Part shown: one piece after another, positions 1 to 8,021 of the stretch
How positions within the stretch are numbered: the stretch's first letter is position 1
Layout: every line of letters begins with the position of its first letter
IMG/VR virus record: IMGVR_UViG_2695420876_000014
Reading direction: 5' to 3' (one strand)
From: a virus
Taxonomy: Duplodnaviria > Heunggongvirae > Uroviricota > Caudoviricetes
DNA: 40,323 nt
Notes under the pieces: generated by a model
Databases searched by the model: none
What the model was told of the DNA's origin: nothing
What the model saw: the letters and a program-made list of their open reading frames with translations, nothing else
Made by a program: the position numbers and the translations under genes

Positions 1-1248
1 ATGGCACTGAATATTCCATTCAGAAATGCGTACTATCGTTTTGCATCCAGTTACTCATTTCTCTTTTTTATTTCCTGGTCGCTGTGGTGGTCGTTATACG
101 CTATTTGGCTGAAAGGACATCTAGGGTTGACAGGGACGGAATTAGGTACACTTTATTCGGTCAACCAGTTTACCAGCATTCTATTTATGATGTTCTACGG
201 CATCGTTCAGGATAAACTCGGTCTGAAGAAACCGCTCATCTGGTGTATGAGTTTCATCCTGGTCTTGACCGGACCGTTTATGATTTACGTTTATGAACCG
301 TTACTGCAAAGCAATTTTTCTGTAGGTCTAATTCTGGGGGCGCTATTTTTTGGCTTGGGGTATCTGGCGGGATGCGGTTTGCTTGATAGCTTCACCGAAA
401 AAATGGCGCGAAATTTTCATTTCGAATATGGAACAGCGCGCGCCTGGGGATCTTTTGGCTATGCTATTGGCGCGTTCTTTGCCGGCATATTTTTTAGTAT
501 CAGTCCCCATATCAACTTCTGGTTGGTCTCGCTATTTGGCGCTGTATTTATGATGATCAACATGCGTTTTAAAGATAAGGATCACCAGTGCGTAGCGGCA
601 GATGCGGGAGGGGTAAAAAAAGAGGATTTTATCGCAGTTTTCAAGGATCGAAACTTCTGGGTTTTCGTCATATTTATTGTGGGGACGTGGTCTTTCTATA
701 ACATTTTTGATCAACAACTTTTTCCTGTCTTTTATGCAGGTTTATTCGAATCACACGATGTAGGAACGCGCCTGTATGGTTATCTCAACTCATTCCAGGT
801 GGTACTCGAAGCGCTGTGCATGGCGATTATTCCTTTCTTTGTGAATCGGGTAGGGCCAAAAAATGCATTACTTATCGGAGTTGTGATTATGGCGTTGCGT
901 ATCCTTTCCTGCGCGCTGTTCGTTAACCCCTGGATTATTTCATTAGTGAAGTTGTTACATGCCATTGAGGTTCCACTTTGTGTCATATCCGTCTTCAAAT
1001 ACAGCGTGGCAAACTTTGATAAGCGCCTGTCGTCGACGATCTTTCTGATTGGTTTTCAAATTGCCAGTTCGCTTGGGATTGTGCTGCTTTCAACGCCGAC
1101 TGGGATACTCTTTGACCACGCAGGCTACCAGACAGTTTTCTTCGCAATTTCGGGTATTGTCTGCCTGATGTTGCTATTTGGCATTTTCTTCTTGAGTAAA
1201 AAACGCGAGCAAATAGTTATGGAAACGCCTGTACCTTCAGCAATATAG
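1..1248 (+). CDS. cscB: sucrose:H+ symporter CscB (LacY-family MFS permease)
   Basis: 415-aa ORF with a polytopic hydrophobic profile; N-terminus MALNIPFRNAYYRFASSYSF and overall sequence recognised as the E. coli csc-regulon sucrose permease; first codon is the first base of the window. Confidence 0.93.
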   Translation: MALNIPFRNAYYRFASSYSFLFFISWSLWWSLYAIWLKGHLGLTGTELGTLYSVNQFTSILFMMFYGIVQDKLGLKKPLIWCMSFILVLTGPFMIYVYEPLLQSNFSVGLILGALFFGLGYLAGCGLLDSFTEKMARNFHFEYGTARAWGSFGYAIGAFFAGIFFSISPHINFWLVSLFGAVFMMINMRFKDKDHQCVAADAGGVKKEDFIAVFKDRNFWVFVIFIVGTWSFYNIFDQQLFPVFYAGLFESHDVGTRLYGYLNSFQVVLEALCMAIIPFFVNRVGPKNALLIGVVIMALRILSCALFVNPWIISLVKLLHAIEVPLCVISVFKYSVANFDKRLSSTIFLIGFQIASSLGIVLLSTPTGILFDHAGYQTVFFAISGIVCLMLLFGIFFLSKKREQIVMETPVPSAI

Positions 1249-1259
1249 ACGTAAACTTT

Positions 1260-1308
1260 TTCCGGTTGTTGTCGATAGCTCTATATCCCTCAACCGGAAA
1301 ATAATAAT
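1260..1308 (+). terminator. possible terminator after cscB (9-bp stem, long loop, weak AT-rich tail)
   Basis: ttccggttg (1260-1268) pairs with caaccggaa (1291-1299), followed by aataataat; loop is long (22 nt), so this is weak. Confidence 0.3.
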
Positions 1309-1689
1309 AGTAAAATGCTTAGCCCTGCTAATAATCGCCTAATCCAAACGCCTCATTCATGTTCTGGTACAGTCGCTCAAATGTACTTCAGATGCGCGGT
1401 TCGCTGATTTCCAGGACATTGTCGTCATTCAGTGACCTGTCCCGTGTATCACGGTCCTGCGAATTCATCAAGGAATGCATTGCGGAGTGAAGTATCGAGT
1501 CACGCCATATTTCGCTATCAGGATTCTGTGTGATGGTTACATCGCCCGGCCCAGGGCTGTTTAGTCATCAGCGCTTTCTGACAGTGCTGAGATTTCAACC
1601 TGTTGCAGTAAAAATGAGTAGATATAAGGCAAGTGTGCTGCCAAACCCATCTTTTACGGGGTGAAGGTAGATTTCGTTTGAAGGGTATC

Positions 1690-1704
1690 TGGTGTCCCCT
1701 GCAG
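1690..1704. repeat. prophage attR core, tggtgtcccctgcag, matching the reverse complement of the argW tRNA-Arg 3' end
   Basis: 15-nt string equals the reverse complement of the acceptor-stem/CCA end of argW as I recall it; lies 74 bp from torI at the boundary between host-like and phage-like DNA; an imperfect inverted copy (cagcagggga, 1720-1729) follows. Confidence 0.6.
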
Positions 1705-1777
1705 ACATCTACTTGAGGCAGCAGGGGATTGATTGGAATGGTGTTTTTGAGATATGAGAAATATTTTACCCGCTATT

Positions 1778-1978
1778 TTACCCATTGGCGCGGCTTAAGA
1801 GCTTATTTTTGAATTCACAATGGTCACGATATAACCATCTTGCTCGTCCGTGGATAACTTTGGCTTTAGGCAGGTCGCCGGACTTAATCCGGTCATAGAT
1901 GAAGGTTTTACCGAAGCCAGTATCGGCCATGATGAATTTCAAATCAACCAGTGAATCAGGTTGTAGTTCGTGTTGCAT
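1778..1978 (-). CDS. torI: excisionase / recombination directionality factor TorI (AlpA-like winged helix)
   Basis: 66-aa ORF MQHELQPDSLVDLKFIMADTGFGKTFIYDRIKSGDLPKAKVIHGRARWLYRDHCEFKNKLLSRANG recognised as TorI of the KplE1/CPS-53 prophage; placed next to the att core. Confidence 0.9.
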   Translation of the reverse strand: MQHELQPDSLVDLKFIMADTGFGKTFIYDRIKSGDLPKAKVIHGRARWLYRDHCEFKNKLLSRANG

Positions 1979-1996
1979 GAGTGCTATCTCCGAATA

Positions 1997-2012
1997 GGGA
2001 ATCGAACCTGCA
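1997..2012 (-). other. tRNA T-arm-like fragment (gggaatcgaacctgca), not a complete tRNA
   Basis: 16 nt match the reverse complement of the argW T-stem/loop region (GCAGGTTCGATTCC); the flanks do not complete a cloverleaf or an acceptor stem. Confidence 0.4.
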
Positions 2013-2020
2013 AATCAGGC

Positions 2021-2044
2021 AATAAAAAACCGCCATCAGGCGGC
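2021..2044 (-). terminator. rho-independent terminator on the minus strand, upstream of torI
   Basis: Minus-strand reading gccgcctgatggcgg followed by ttttttatt. Confidence 0.6.
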
Positions 2045-2109
2045 TTGGTGTTCTTTCAGTTCTTCAATTCGAATATTGGTTACATTGTTTTCATATATGA
2101 ATAAATAAA

Positions 2110-2322
2110 TTAGCTTTTTTCGTTGCCTTCGCTTTCTTTATTAATTTTAACAAACTCGTTTTTACCACGCTCTCCAAATGCGTCTTTAGAGTCGTTGTAT
2201 CCGCAATCGCAGCACACATAATCTCCAGACCATCCACGCATTGTTTTTTCTTTTGCAATATTTCCAGAACCGCATTTTGGACAAGACATATCACTACCTC
2301 CAAAGCATGAGTGAGATGACAA
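2110..2322 (-). CDS. small zinc-ribbon protein (CxxC...CxxC)
   Basis: 70-aa ORF with CPKCGSG and CCDCGY motifs; the true start may be the internal MSCPKCGSG (near 2289). Confidence 0.5.
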   Translation of the reverse strand: MSSHSCFGGSDMSCPKCGSGNIAKEKTMRGWSGDYVCCDCGYNDSKDAFGERGKNEFVKINKESEGNEKS

Positions 2323-2385
2323 CGTAACATTGATTGGAGATTAACAATAGATTGCTGATGTAAAAGATATGTATAAGCTTCGCTT

Positions 2386-3030
2386 TCAAAGTGGAGGCTC
2401 TGGTAGCGGCATCCAGTGTGACGGCTCACATACCCCCTCAACACCGTTCATGTAAAAGAATTGAAATAACCCTTTACCTTTGTGAAACCCTACCATCTGC
2501 TCTTTTGTGTCTGAACAATAAACCAAAACATCTTCTTCGTTTGGCATTCGCTCACTACAGCTTATCCAACTATCCGGAGTTACCGGAGAGTTGGTTGACG
2601 TTTCCGCAATATCCCGAAAATTATTGGTTGACGAATTCTTGTTTTCCCGAAAGTTTCCGGACTGAAGCATGGCGGCGCGGCAGGCGCTCCATCCAGCTGT
2701 TCGCCCAAGCGCGTAAACTTCAGATGGCTCAAGATAATCAATGTCATGCCCGTCCTCATCGTCGTTCTCAGGTAATGCAGCAGGTACTACCGGTACTGGC
2801 GGAGCGGCGTAGACTTCAATAATCCCATTATCAATAGGCCACTCTCCATCCTTGATGTAGTCACTTGTACCGTCAACTTGCTGTTCTGCAATGTGGAATG
2901 CACCAACTGGCTCTGCCTCAAGCGAGGCCAGTGCAATTCGTGCCAGTTCCATTTGTTCGCCACGGGTAAGCCCGTTTTCAAGCGGATTTTTAATGAATAA
3001 TTCGATACGTTCTTTGGTAATAGTGGTCAT
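2386..3030 (-). CDS. DUF551-domain phage protein
   Basis: 214-aa ORF with an acidic middle and a C-terminal segment ending SHWMPLPEPP, characteristic of DUF551 proteins in enterobacterial prophages. Confidence 0.65.
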   Translation of the reverse strand: MTTITKERIELFIKNPLENGLTRGEQMELARIALASLEAEPVGAFHIAEQQVDGTSDYIKDGEWPIDNGIIEVYAAPPVPVVPAALPENDDEDGHDIDYLEPSEVYALGRTAGWSACRAAMLQSGNFRENKNSSTNNFRDIAETSTNSPVTPDSWISCSERMPNEEDVLVYCSDTKEQMVGFHKGKGLFQFFYMNGVEGVCEPSHWMPLPEPPL

Positions 3031-3032
3031 AG

Positions 3033-3224
3033 CTATTTCACCTTAATCTCAACATTTCGCAGCTTTAGCTCTACTGGCAGGTCTGACTTTCCTGTTAATG
3101 CTAATGCGAGATTTTCTGGGGTAATGAGAGCAGTTATTGCTTTCCCCATTGCCAGACGAATAATTATTCGTATTTCGCGATCGTCACATGCTCCTGGTCG
3201 AACGATTGATATTTGTCCGTCCAT
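3033..3224 (-). CDS. hypothetical small phage protein
   Basis: Track ORF 3033..3266 trimmed to the internal Met (MDGQISIVRPG...) so that it abuts the upstream gene; no recognisable domain. Confidence 0.4.
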   Translation of the reverse strand: MDGQISIVRPGACDDREIRIIIRLAMGKAITALITPENLALALTGKSDLPVELKLRNVEIKVK

Positions 3225-3225
3225 A

Positions 3226-3869
3226 TCACTCTCCTTTGATGCGAATGCCAGCGGCGCGGGAATCATTCCATCGCTTTACTTCTTCACGAATTACGTCAAT
3301 GCATTCTTTCGAATCCATTAGGTAATCTTCATCAAAAAGCCTTTCCTGTTCGTTTTCTATCGCAACAATGATTGCTTCAACTAACTTTTGTGCCTGAGAA
3401 CCACTTTCTAACTCTGCAATGCGCTTCTCTGCGGCTTCCAGCTTCTCGCGCATATCGTCAACGTACTCGACCAGAGAACCGCCAGCAGGAATTTCGCACT
3501 CCTCGACCAGTTGGAAGTAGATATCAGCTGCGGCCCGTGTGTTGCTATGCCTGCGTCGCCCATCTCACCTTCACGAAGAGCATCGCGTTCGGCGGTAAGA
3601 TTGGCTATTTTGCTGTCTTTGCCTTCCAGCTCAACGCGCAGCTTCCCAACCGTAAGCGCAATATCCTCGTTCTCCTGATCGCGGCTTTTGATGTATTGCT
3701 GGTTTCTTTCCCGTTCATCCAACAATGCCAGCGCGATATCTGGCGAAAAGTGCTTCATAAAATCGTTAAGCGCATTAATTCGCTGATCGCAAGGCATTAC
3801 AGGTGCTTCACCGGCAATTTTTGTTTTTTCAGCGATTTCACGAAGCTTTTGATAATCAATCTTGCTCAC
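3226..3869 (-). pseudogene. Ea22/Ead-like coiled-coil protein split by a frameshift
   Basis: ORF 3408..3869 ([15 protein letters not shown]...) turns into implausible sequence after ...LTAERDALREGE, while a second frame is open from about 3564 and reads ...AAADIYFQLVEECEIPAGGSLVEYVDDMREKLEAAEKRIAELE..., continuing as ORF 3226..3453; the shift is near 3542-3564. Confidence 0.5.
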
Positions 3870-4110
3870 TGGTTGCCTCCTGCTTTTCTGCCTTCAACAC
3901 CATGCGAGAACCATCATCCAGCTCCCACGCGATCTCACCACCTTCAGCCATGACCAGTCGCCACACCAATTGAGCAGCCTCATTGGTAACATCACGACCT
4001 GGATCATTGCCAACGCGCATACGTCCACCTTCAACATCGCGCATTTTTGCCAGCATGATAGTTTTTGATAGCGGTGAAAAACCAAGCTGTAGTCGTGCGG
4101 AATTACTCAC
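3856..4110 (-). CDS. hypothetical phage protein (GTG start)
   Basis: 84-aa ORF whose start overlaps the stop of the upstream gene. Confidence 0.45.
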   Translation of the reverse strand: MSNSARLQLGFSPLSKTIMLAKMRDVEGGRMRVGNDPGRDVTNEAAQLVWRLVMAEGGEIAWELDDGSRMVLKAEKQEATSEQD

Positions 4111-4292
4111 TGCTTGCCTCCTTTACGCCACATCGCATTCAGATATTTGTTTTGATTCACTGATGGAAAAGAATTTCTCTTAAGCAATTCCTCTATCGAT
4201 GGCATTGGCTTTACGCGTTGGCGAATAATCATTTCTGCCGGAAGAATTCCGGGATTGTATGCAAGTCCTCTCATGGTAAATTCCTCAGTCAT
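4107..4292 (-). CDS. hypothetical small phage protein
   Basis: Track ORF 4107..4427 trimmed to [15 protein letters not shown]...; its ATG lies in an AATGACTGA overlap with the stop of the upstream gene. Confidence 0.4.
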   Translation of the reverse strand: MTEEFTMRGLAYNPGILPAEMIIRQRVKPMPSIEELLKRNSFPSVNQNKYLNAMWRKGGKQ

Positions 4293-4581
4293 TACTGATA
4301 GCGCCATAGCGTGAGCGGTAATTACGCAGGCGCGGGTCGATATATTCAGGGAAGTGGGTATATGTGGCTTTGCGGAATGGTCGGATTGATGTCTGGTAAA
4401 TTCGCTCGCGTTCTTCTTTCTCTGCAAGCCATATACAGTGGCGAAATTCCTTTTCCTCTTTCGTTTCCTGCGGTAGCGACATTATCAGGTCGTAGTTTTT
4501 TCTGAATTTATCCAGCACCTCCGATACGGAATTGCCGGAACAGCGGCGCGCGTCGTCCGCACCATACAGAGGCGCTGGCAT
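4285..4581 (-). CDS. hypothetical phage protein
   Basis: 98-aa ORF ([16 protein letters not shown]...) 13 nt downstream of ssb on the same strand. Confidence 0.5.
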   Translation of the reverse strand: MPAPLYGADDARRCSGNSVSEVLDKFRKNYDLIMSLPQETKEEKEFRHCIWLAEKEERERIYQTSIRPFRKATYTHFPEYIDPRLRNYRSRYGAISND

Positions 4582-4594
4582 GATTTTCTCCTGA

Positions 4595-5101
4595 TTAAAT
4601 TGCGTGAATAGCGTGACGAGGGAAGGGGAGAGTTACTGGTGCAAAGGGTATATCGTCGTCAAAATCCATCGGAGGTTCGTTGTGTTGTGCTGGTGATGAT
4701 TGCTGCTGTGGCTTCTGTGATTGCCTGCTGGCTGCTTGTTGTTTGCTGTCGCCAATGCCGCCAAGCATCTGCATCACGCCATTAATTCCGACATGAACCT
4801 CGGTTGTGTAACGGTCTTGCCCTGACTGGTCTTTCCACTTTCTGGTTCTCAGCATTCCCTCGAAATAAATCTGATCACCTTTTTTCACATACTGCCCCAC
4901 GACCTCAGCCAGTTTCCCGGATACAGCAACACGATGCCATTCAGTCAATTCCTTTTGCTCGCCAGTATTTTTATCTCGCCATTGTTCTGACGTGGCTATT
5001 GTCAGGTTAGCGAACGCTGTTCCTGATGGTGAGTATCGAACTTCCGGGTCTTGTCCTACCCGACCAAGGATAATCACCTTATTTACGCCTCTGCTTGCCA
5101 T
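4595..5101 (-). CDS. ssb: single-stranded DNA-binding protein
   Basis: 168 aa; N-terminal OB-fold sequence [23 protein letters not shown]...TEWHRV, Gln/Pro-rich linker and acidic C-terminal tail DFDDDIPF, as in bacterial and phage SSB. Confidence 0.93.
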   Translation of the reverse strand: MASRGVNKVIILGRVGQDPEVRYSPSGTAFANLTIATSEQWRDKNTGEQKELTEWHRVAVSGKLAEVVGQYVKKGDQIYFEGMLRTRKWKDQSGQDRYTTEVHVGINGVMQMLGGIGDSKQQAASRQSQKPQQQSSPAQHNEPPMDFDDDIPFAPVTLPFPRHAIHAI

Positions 5102-5809
5102 TTATGCCGCCTGTTTTAGTTCGTTAACTCTGATGCTCATTACCTGAACGCATTTAGCCTGCGCATCCTCATTGCCAGCCATTAATTGCCAGTCACGCTG
5201 ATAACGCTCGATGAGTTTTTTCTTGTCAGTTTCTGTTGACGCATAATCGCTGAAGTCTTTCAGGATTTGTTCGCAGTCAACCGATGGAGATTTCTGGTTG
5301 GTATTTTCTGGTGATGGTTTGTTATCTGATGCTGGGATTGCCCATCCCGGAAGCGATGGAGGGAGCCAGTAAAATCCTGTTCCATCCTTCAGTTTTGCCC
5401 TGTGCCACCCCTGCTTTTTATCGAGAGATGTTTGTGCGAAACCTTCCTCAAGGTTATACAGATACCGACCGATTCCCCACTGAACGGCAGCGCGCTTCAT
5501 TGCACCGGAACGACCACCTTTGACGGCTTCTACCTGCGTGTTTTCAGCAGCATCCCATTTGGTTACCCATTCGGAATCAATCTTTATTGATATGCCGCAT
5601 TCAACGCCGCCGTTGTTGGGAATATCGCGGTATTCATTGCGCCATCCTGCTTTGCCGCAAACATCGTCCAGGCGTTTCATGATTGCCCGGTTCGTGACAT
5701 AAGCCAGCACCATAGCCCACACCTTGCCATCGCGTGTTTTACCGCTTTGCTGTATTCGCCATTCGATATCTTCAGGGCTGAATGGCTCATCGAATTTGTT
5801 CAAATCCAT
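5102..5809 (-). CDS. Rad52/Sak-type single-strand annealing recombinase
   Basis: 235 aa; central KGGRSGAMKRAAVQWGIGRYLYNL segment resembles the Rad52/22 family; sits next to ssb in the recombination position of the leftward early operon. Confidence 0.65.
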   Translation of the reverse strand: MDLNKFDEPFSPEDIEWRIQQSGKTRDGKVWAMVLAYVTNRAIMKRLDDVCGKAGWRNEYRDIPNNGGVECGISIKIDSEWVTKWDAAENTQVEAVKGGRSGAMKRAAVQWGIGRYLYNLEEGFAQTSLDKKQGWHRAKLKDGTGFYWLPPSLPGWAIPASDNKPSPENTNQKSPSVDCEQILKDFSDYASTETDKKKLIERYQRDWQLMAGNEDAQAKCVQVMSIRVNELKQAA

Positions 5810-5908
5810 AATTCACCTCAGAATGGACAAGGCCCAAGGAAATAACGCTGATTTAATACTTCGACTCGGGACAAATTAAGGCATACCCGCATTCCTTCGC
5901 GGTCGCCA

Positions 5909-6067
5909 TTATGGCGATACCAGAGAGCTTTCTGCGTGTACATGCGTCTCTGTAACTTGCTCTCCTTCACTGTGGTTGCAAGTGACATGAATATCTCCTT
6001 CGTTACCGATTAATTCTTTCATCTGACGAATGAATTCTTCGTCTGACCAGTTATCTGTAAAACTCAT
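5909..6067 (-). CDS. hypothetical small protein in the kil position
   Basis: 52-aa reading MSFTDNWSDEEFIRQMKELIGNEG...; ATG overlaps the cIII-like stop in an ATGA arrangement. Confidence 0.4.
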   Translation of the reverse strand: MSFTDNWSDEEFIRQMKELIGNEGDIHVTCNHSEGEQVTETHVHAESSLVSP

Positions 6068-6234
6068 GGACGGCCTTGTTGTTTCAAAATATCCCAAAGC
6101 TTTTCGAGCAAACTTTTCATTCTTGGTTGTTTAAAGTCTGCTCCGGTTAAAATATTTTTTCGTGAATGCTGCACCGATAAAATCGGGTTGAAAGGGCGAA
6201 CCGATGCCGCCCCTGCAATAGCGAACTGTTGCAT
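6064..6234 (-). CDS. cIII: cIII-like protein (FtsH inhibitor that stabilises CII)
   Basis: 56-aa reading MQQFAIAGAASVRPF...KSLLEKLWDILKQQGRP resembles lambda CIII (MQYAIAGW...KRLIDILNQPGVP); good SD (aaggag) before the ATG at 6232-6234; the longer track ORF 6064..6339 would read through a terminator. Confidence 0.55.
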   Translation of the reverse strand: MQQFAIAGAASVRPFNPILSVQHSRKNILTGADFKQPRMKSLLEKLWDILKQQGRP

Positions 6235-6297
6235 AGGATGCTCCTTCTGTTTGATTGCATAACGAAAACGCCTCAAGTGAAGCGTTATTGGTATGCA

Positions 6298-6323
6298 TAT
6301 AAAAAAGCCCTCGCACTGGAGGG
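6298..6323 (-). terminator. rho-independent terminator inside the leftward early operon (tL-like)
   Basis: Minus-strand reading gccctccagtgcgagggc followed by ttttttatat; lies between the ral-like and cIII-like genes. Confidence 0.6.
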
Positions 6324-6460
6324 CAAAGAAGATTTCCAATAATCAGAACAAGTCGGCTCCTGTTTAGTTACGAGCGACATTGCTCCGTGTATTCACTCGT
6401 TGGAATGAATACACAGTGCAGTGTTTATTCTGTTATTTATGCCAAAAATAAAGGCCACTA

Positions 6461-6661
6461 TCAGGCAGCTTTGTTGTTCTGTTTACCAAGTTCTCTGGCA
6501 ATCATTGCCGTCGCTCGTATTGCCCATTTATCGACATATTTCCCATCTTCCATTACAGGAAACATTTCTTCAGGCTTAACCATGCATTCCGATTGCAGCT
6601 TGCATCCATTGCATCGCTTGAATTGTCCACACCATTGATTTTTATCAATAGTCGTAGTCAT
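6461..6661 (-). CDS. ral: restriction alleviation protein Ral-like
   Basis: 66-aa ORF MTTTIDKNQWCGQFKRCNGCKLQSECMV... matches my recollection of lambda Ral in size, sequence and position between N and cIII; from memory only. Confidence 0.55.
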   Translation of the reverse strand: MTTTIDKNQWCGQFKRCNGCKLQSECMVKPEEMFPVMEDGKYVDKWAIRATAMIARELGKQNNKAA

Positions 6662-6874
6662 AAGGATAGTCCTGGTATTGTTCCATCACATCCTGGGGAT
6701 GCTCTTCGAACTCTTCAAATTCTTCTTCCATATATCACCTTAAATAGTGGATTGCGGTAGTAAAGATTGTGCCTGTCTTTTAACCACATCAGGCTCGGTG
6801 GTTCTCGTGTACCCCTACAGCGAGAAATCGGATAAACTCTATTCACCCCTACAGAGAGCAAAAGAGAAACGCCG

Positions 6875-7456
6875 ATGAACAACTCATGGTGGCAGGAACT
6901 AATGCATTTTTTCCTGCAAGGAATGACACTTAAACAGTTGATTCATATGCTAATCATCCTGATCATATTGATTATTGTTATGCCGGTAAGCGTAAAAGAA
7001 TGGATAAACCTGCATAATCCAGAAATCCTTCCTCATTACTGGATGTATTACATCCTGTTGTTTTGCGTTAGCTATGTGCTTAACGGCGTTGTTAATTCCG
7101 CTTATCACGCTGTGACTGAAAGAATTGAGGTATTCGCTGCTCAGAAGCGCAAATCTAAAGAAGAAAAATATGTGCAAGATTTGTTTGATTCGTTAACTCT
7201 TGGAGAAAGAGCGTATTTGGCATTCGCTGTAGCCGCTAATAACCAGCTACAAACGGAAAAGGGAGCTCATGAATCAATTTCATTGCTCAAAAAAGGACTC
7301 CTCGTTCGAAGGCCTCCTGCTGTTGGGTATCCTGATACCGACCGTTTTGTTATTCCTGAAAGCTATAGACATGAGTGCTACATTCGGTTTGCCGGGAAGG
7401 CAGACAGCCTTATGGATGAACTTATCGCTCAGGATAAGCATGGCAAAAACAAGTAA
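6875..7456 (+). CDS. sieB: superinfection exclusion protein SieB-like (two N-terminal TM helices)
   Basis: 193 aa with two hydrophobic helices (LIHMLIILIILIIVMPV and YILLFCVSYVLNGVV) and a soluble C-terminal domain; lies in the N-proximal early-left region but on the opposite strand to N. Confidence 0.55.
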   Translation: MNNSWWQELMHFFLQGMTLKQLIHMLIILIILIIVMPVSVKEWINLHNPEILPHYWMYYILLFCVSYVLNGVVNSAYHAVTERIEVFAAQKRKSKEEKYVQDLFDSLTLGERAYLAFAVAANNQLQTEKGAHESISLLKKGLLVRRPPAVGYPDTDRFVIPESYRHECYIRFAGKADSLMDELIAQDKHGKNK

Positions 7457-7472
7457 TTAGCAAATGAATTTA

Positions 7473-7856
7473 TCATCTCGCCGTCAGTTGTTTGGATTTC
7501 CGGTAGCCTGCCGCGTAAATGGCTACGTTTGGAAGACATACACCAGTTTCTGGTTGCTTATGTCCAAACTCATTCGCGTACACAATGGCCGCTCGCTCCA
7601 GATTGCGTCTGTATTCTTTCTGTTGCCAGATCACGTCCTGTGCCATGAACTTAATTGGCTTAGCGTCTTCTATACGCTCAGGCGTTTCGTGAGTACCTTT
7701 AGCCTGAATCTGCGCTCTGCTTAGAGTAGGGCGGTGTAATACTTCTGAACTTATTGCTTCTTCGCGGGCCAGTACGCCGTTAGCTAATGCCTTTACCTTT
7801 AAACGCTCACGACGACGAGAACGTGAATTGCCTTTGAACTGAGTTCTGCGTGTCAT
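7473..7856 (-). CDS. N-like transcription antiterminator with a P22-type arginine-rich motif
   Basis: 127 aa; N-terminus MTRRTQFKGNSRSRRRERLKVKALANG resembles the RNA-binding ARM of P22/phage-21 N proteins; strong SD (aggagg) before the ATG; matching P22-type boxB hairpins found at both nut positions. Confidence 0.75.
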   Translation of the reverse strand: MTRRTQFKGNSRSRRRERLKVKALANGVLAREEAISSEVLHRPTLSRAQIQAKGTHETPERIEDAKPIKFMAQDVIWQQKEYRRNLERAAIVYANEFGHKQPETGVCLPNVAIYAAGYRKSKQLTAR

Positions 7857-8021
7857 ATAGACCTCCTGATGAACTTTGGTGGTGTGGTAGGTGGGAGACC
7901 CATTTCGACCTGTTTCGGCCTACTTCAATTCGGCAATAGTCCCGCAGGCCTCGCCGCTTTACGTGCGACATATTCCCGTCCATGAACCCTTCACCACACC
8001 CCAAAGTTCACTTTGGTTATT

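Noticed and set aside
1981-2060. A complete tRNA gene near the left end
   Set aside because: Only a T-arm-like 16-mer is present; no acceptor stem, anticodon arm or CCA-proximal sequence can be folded around it, and the att core at 1690-1704 is only the terminal 15 nt.
2391-2822. 143-aa plus-strand ORF opposite the DUF551 gene
   Set aside because: Antisense to a gene with a recognisable conserved C-terminal motif; no RBS; shadow ORF.
6131-6339. Longer track ORFs (6064-6339 and 6131-6316) covering the cIII-like region
   Set aside because: The 5' extension reads through the terminator at 6298-6323 and gives implausible sequence; the 56-aa form starting at the SD-preceded ATG at 6234 is preferred, and 6131-6316 is in another frame without support.
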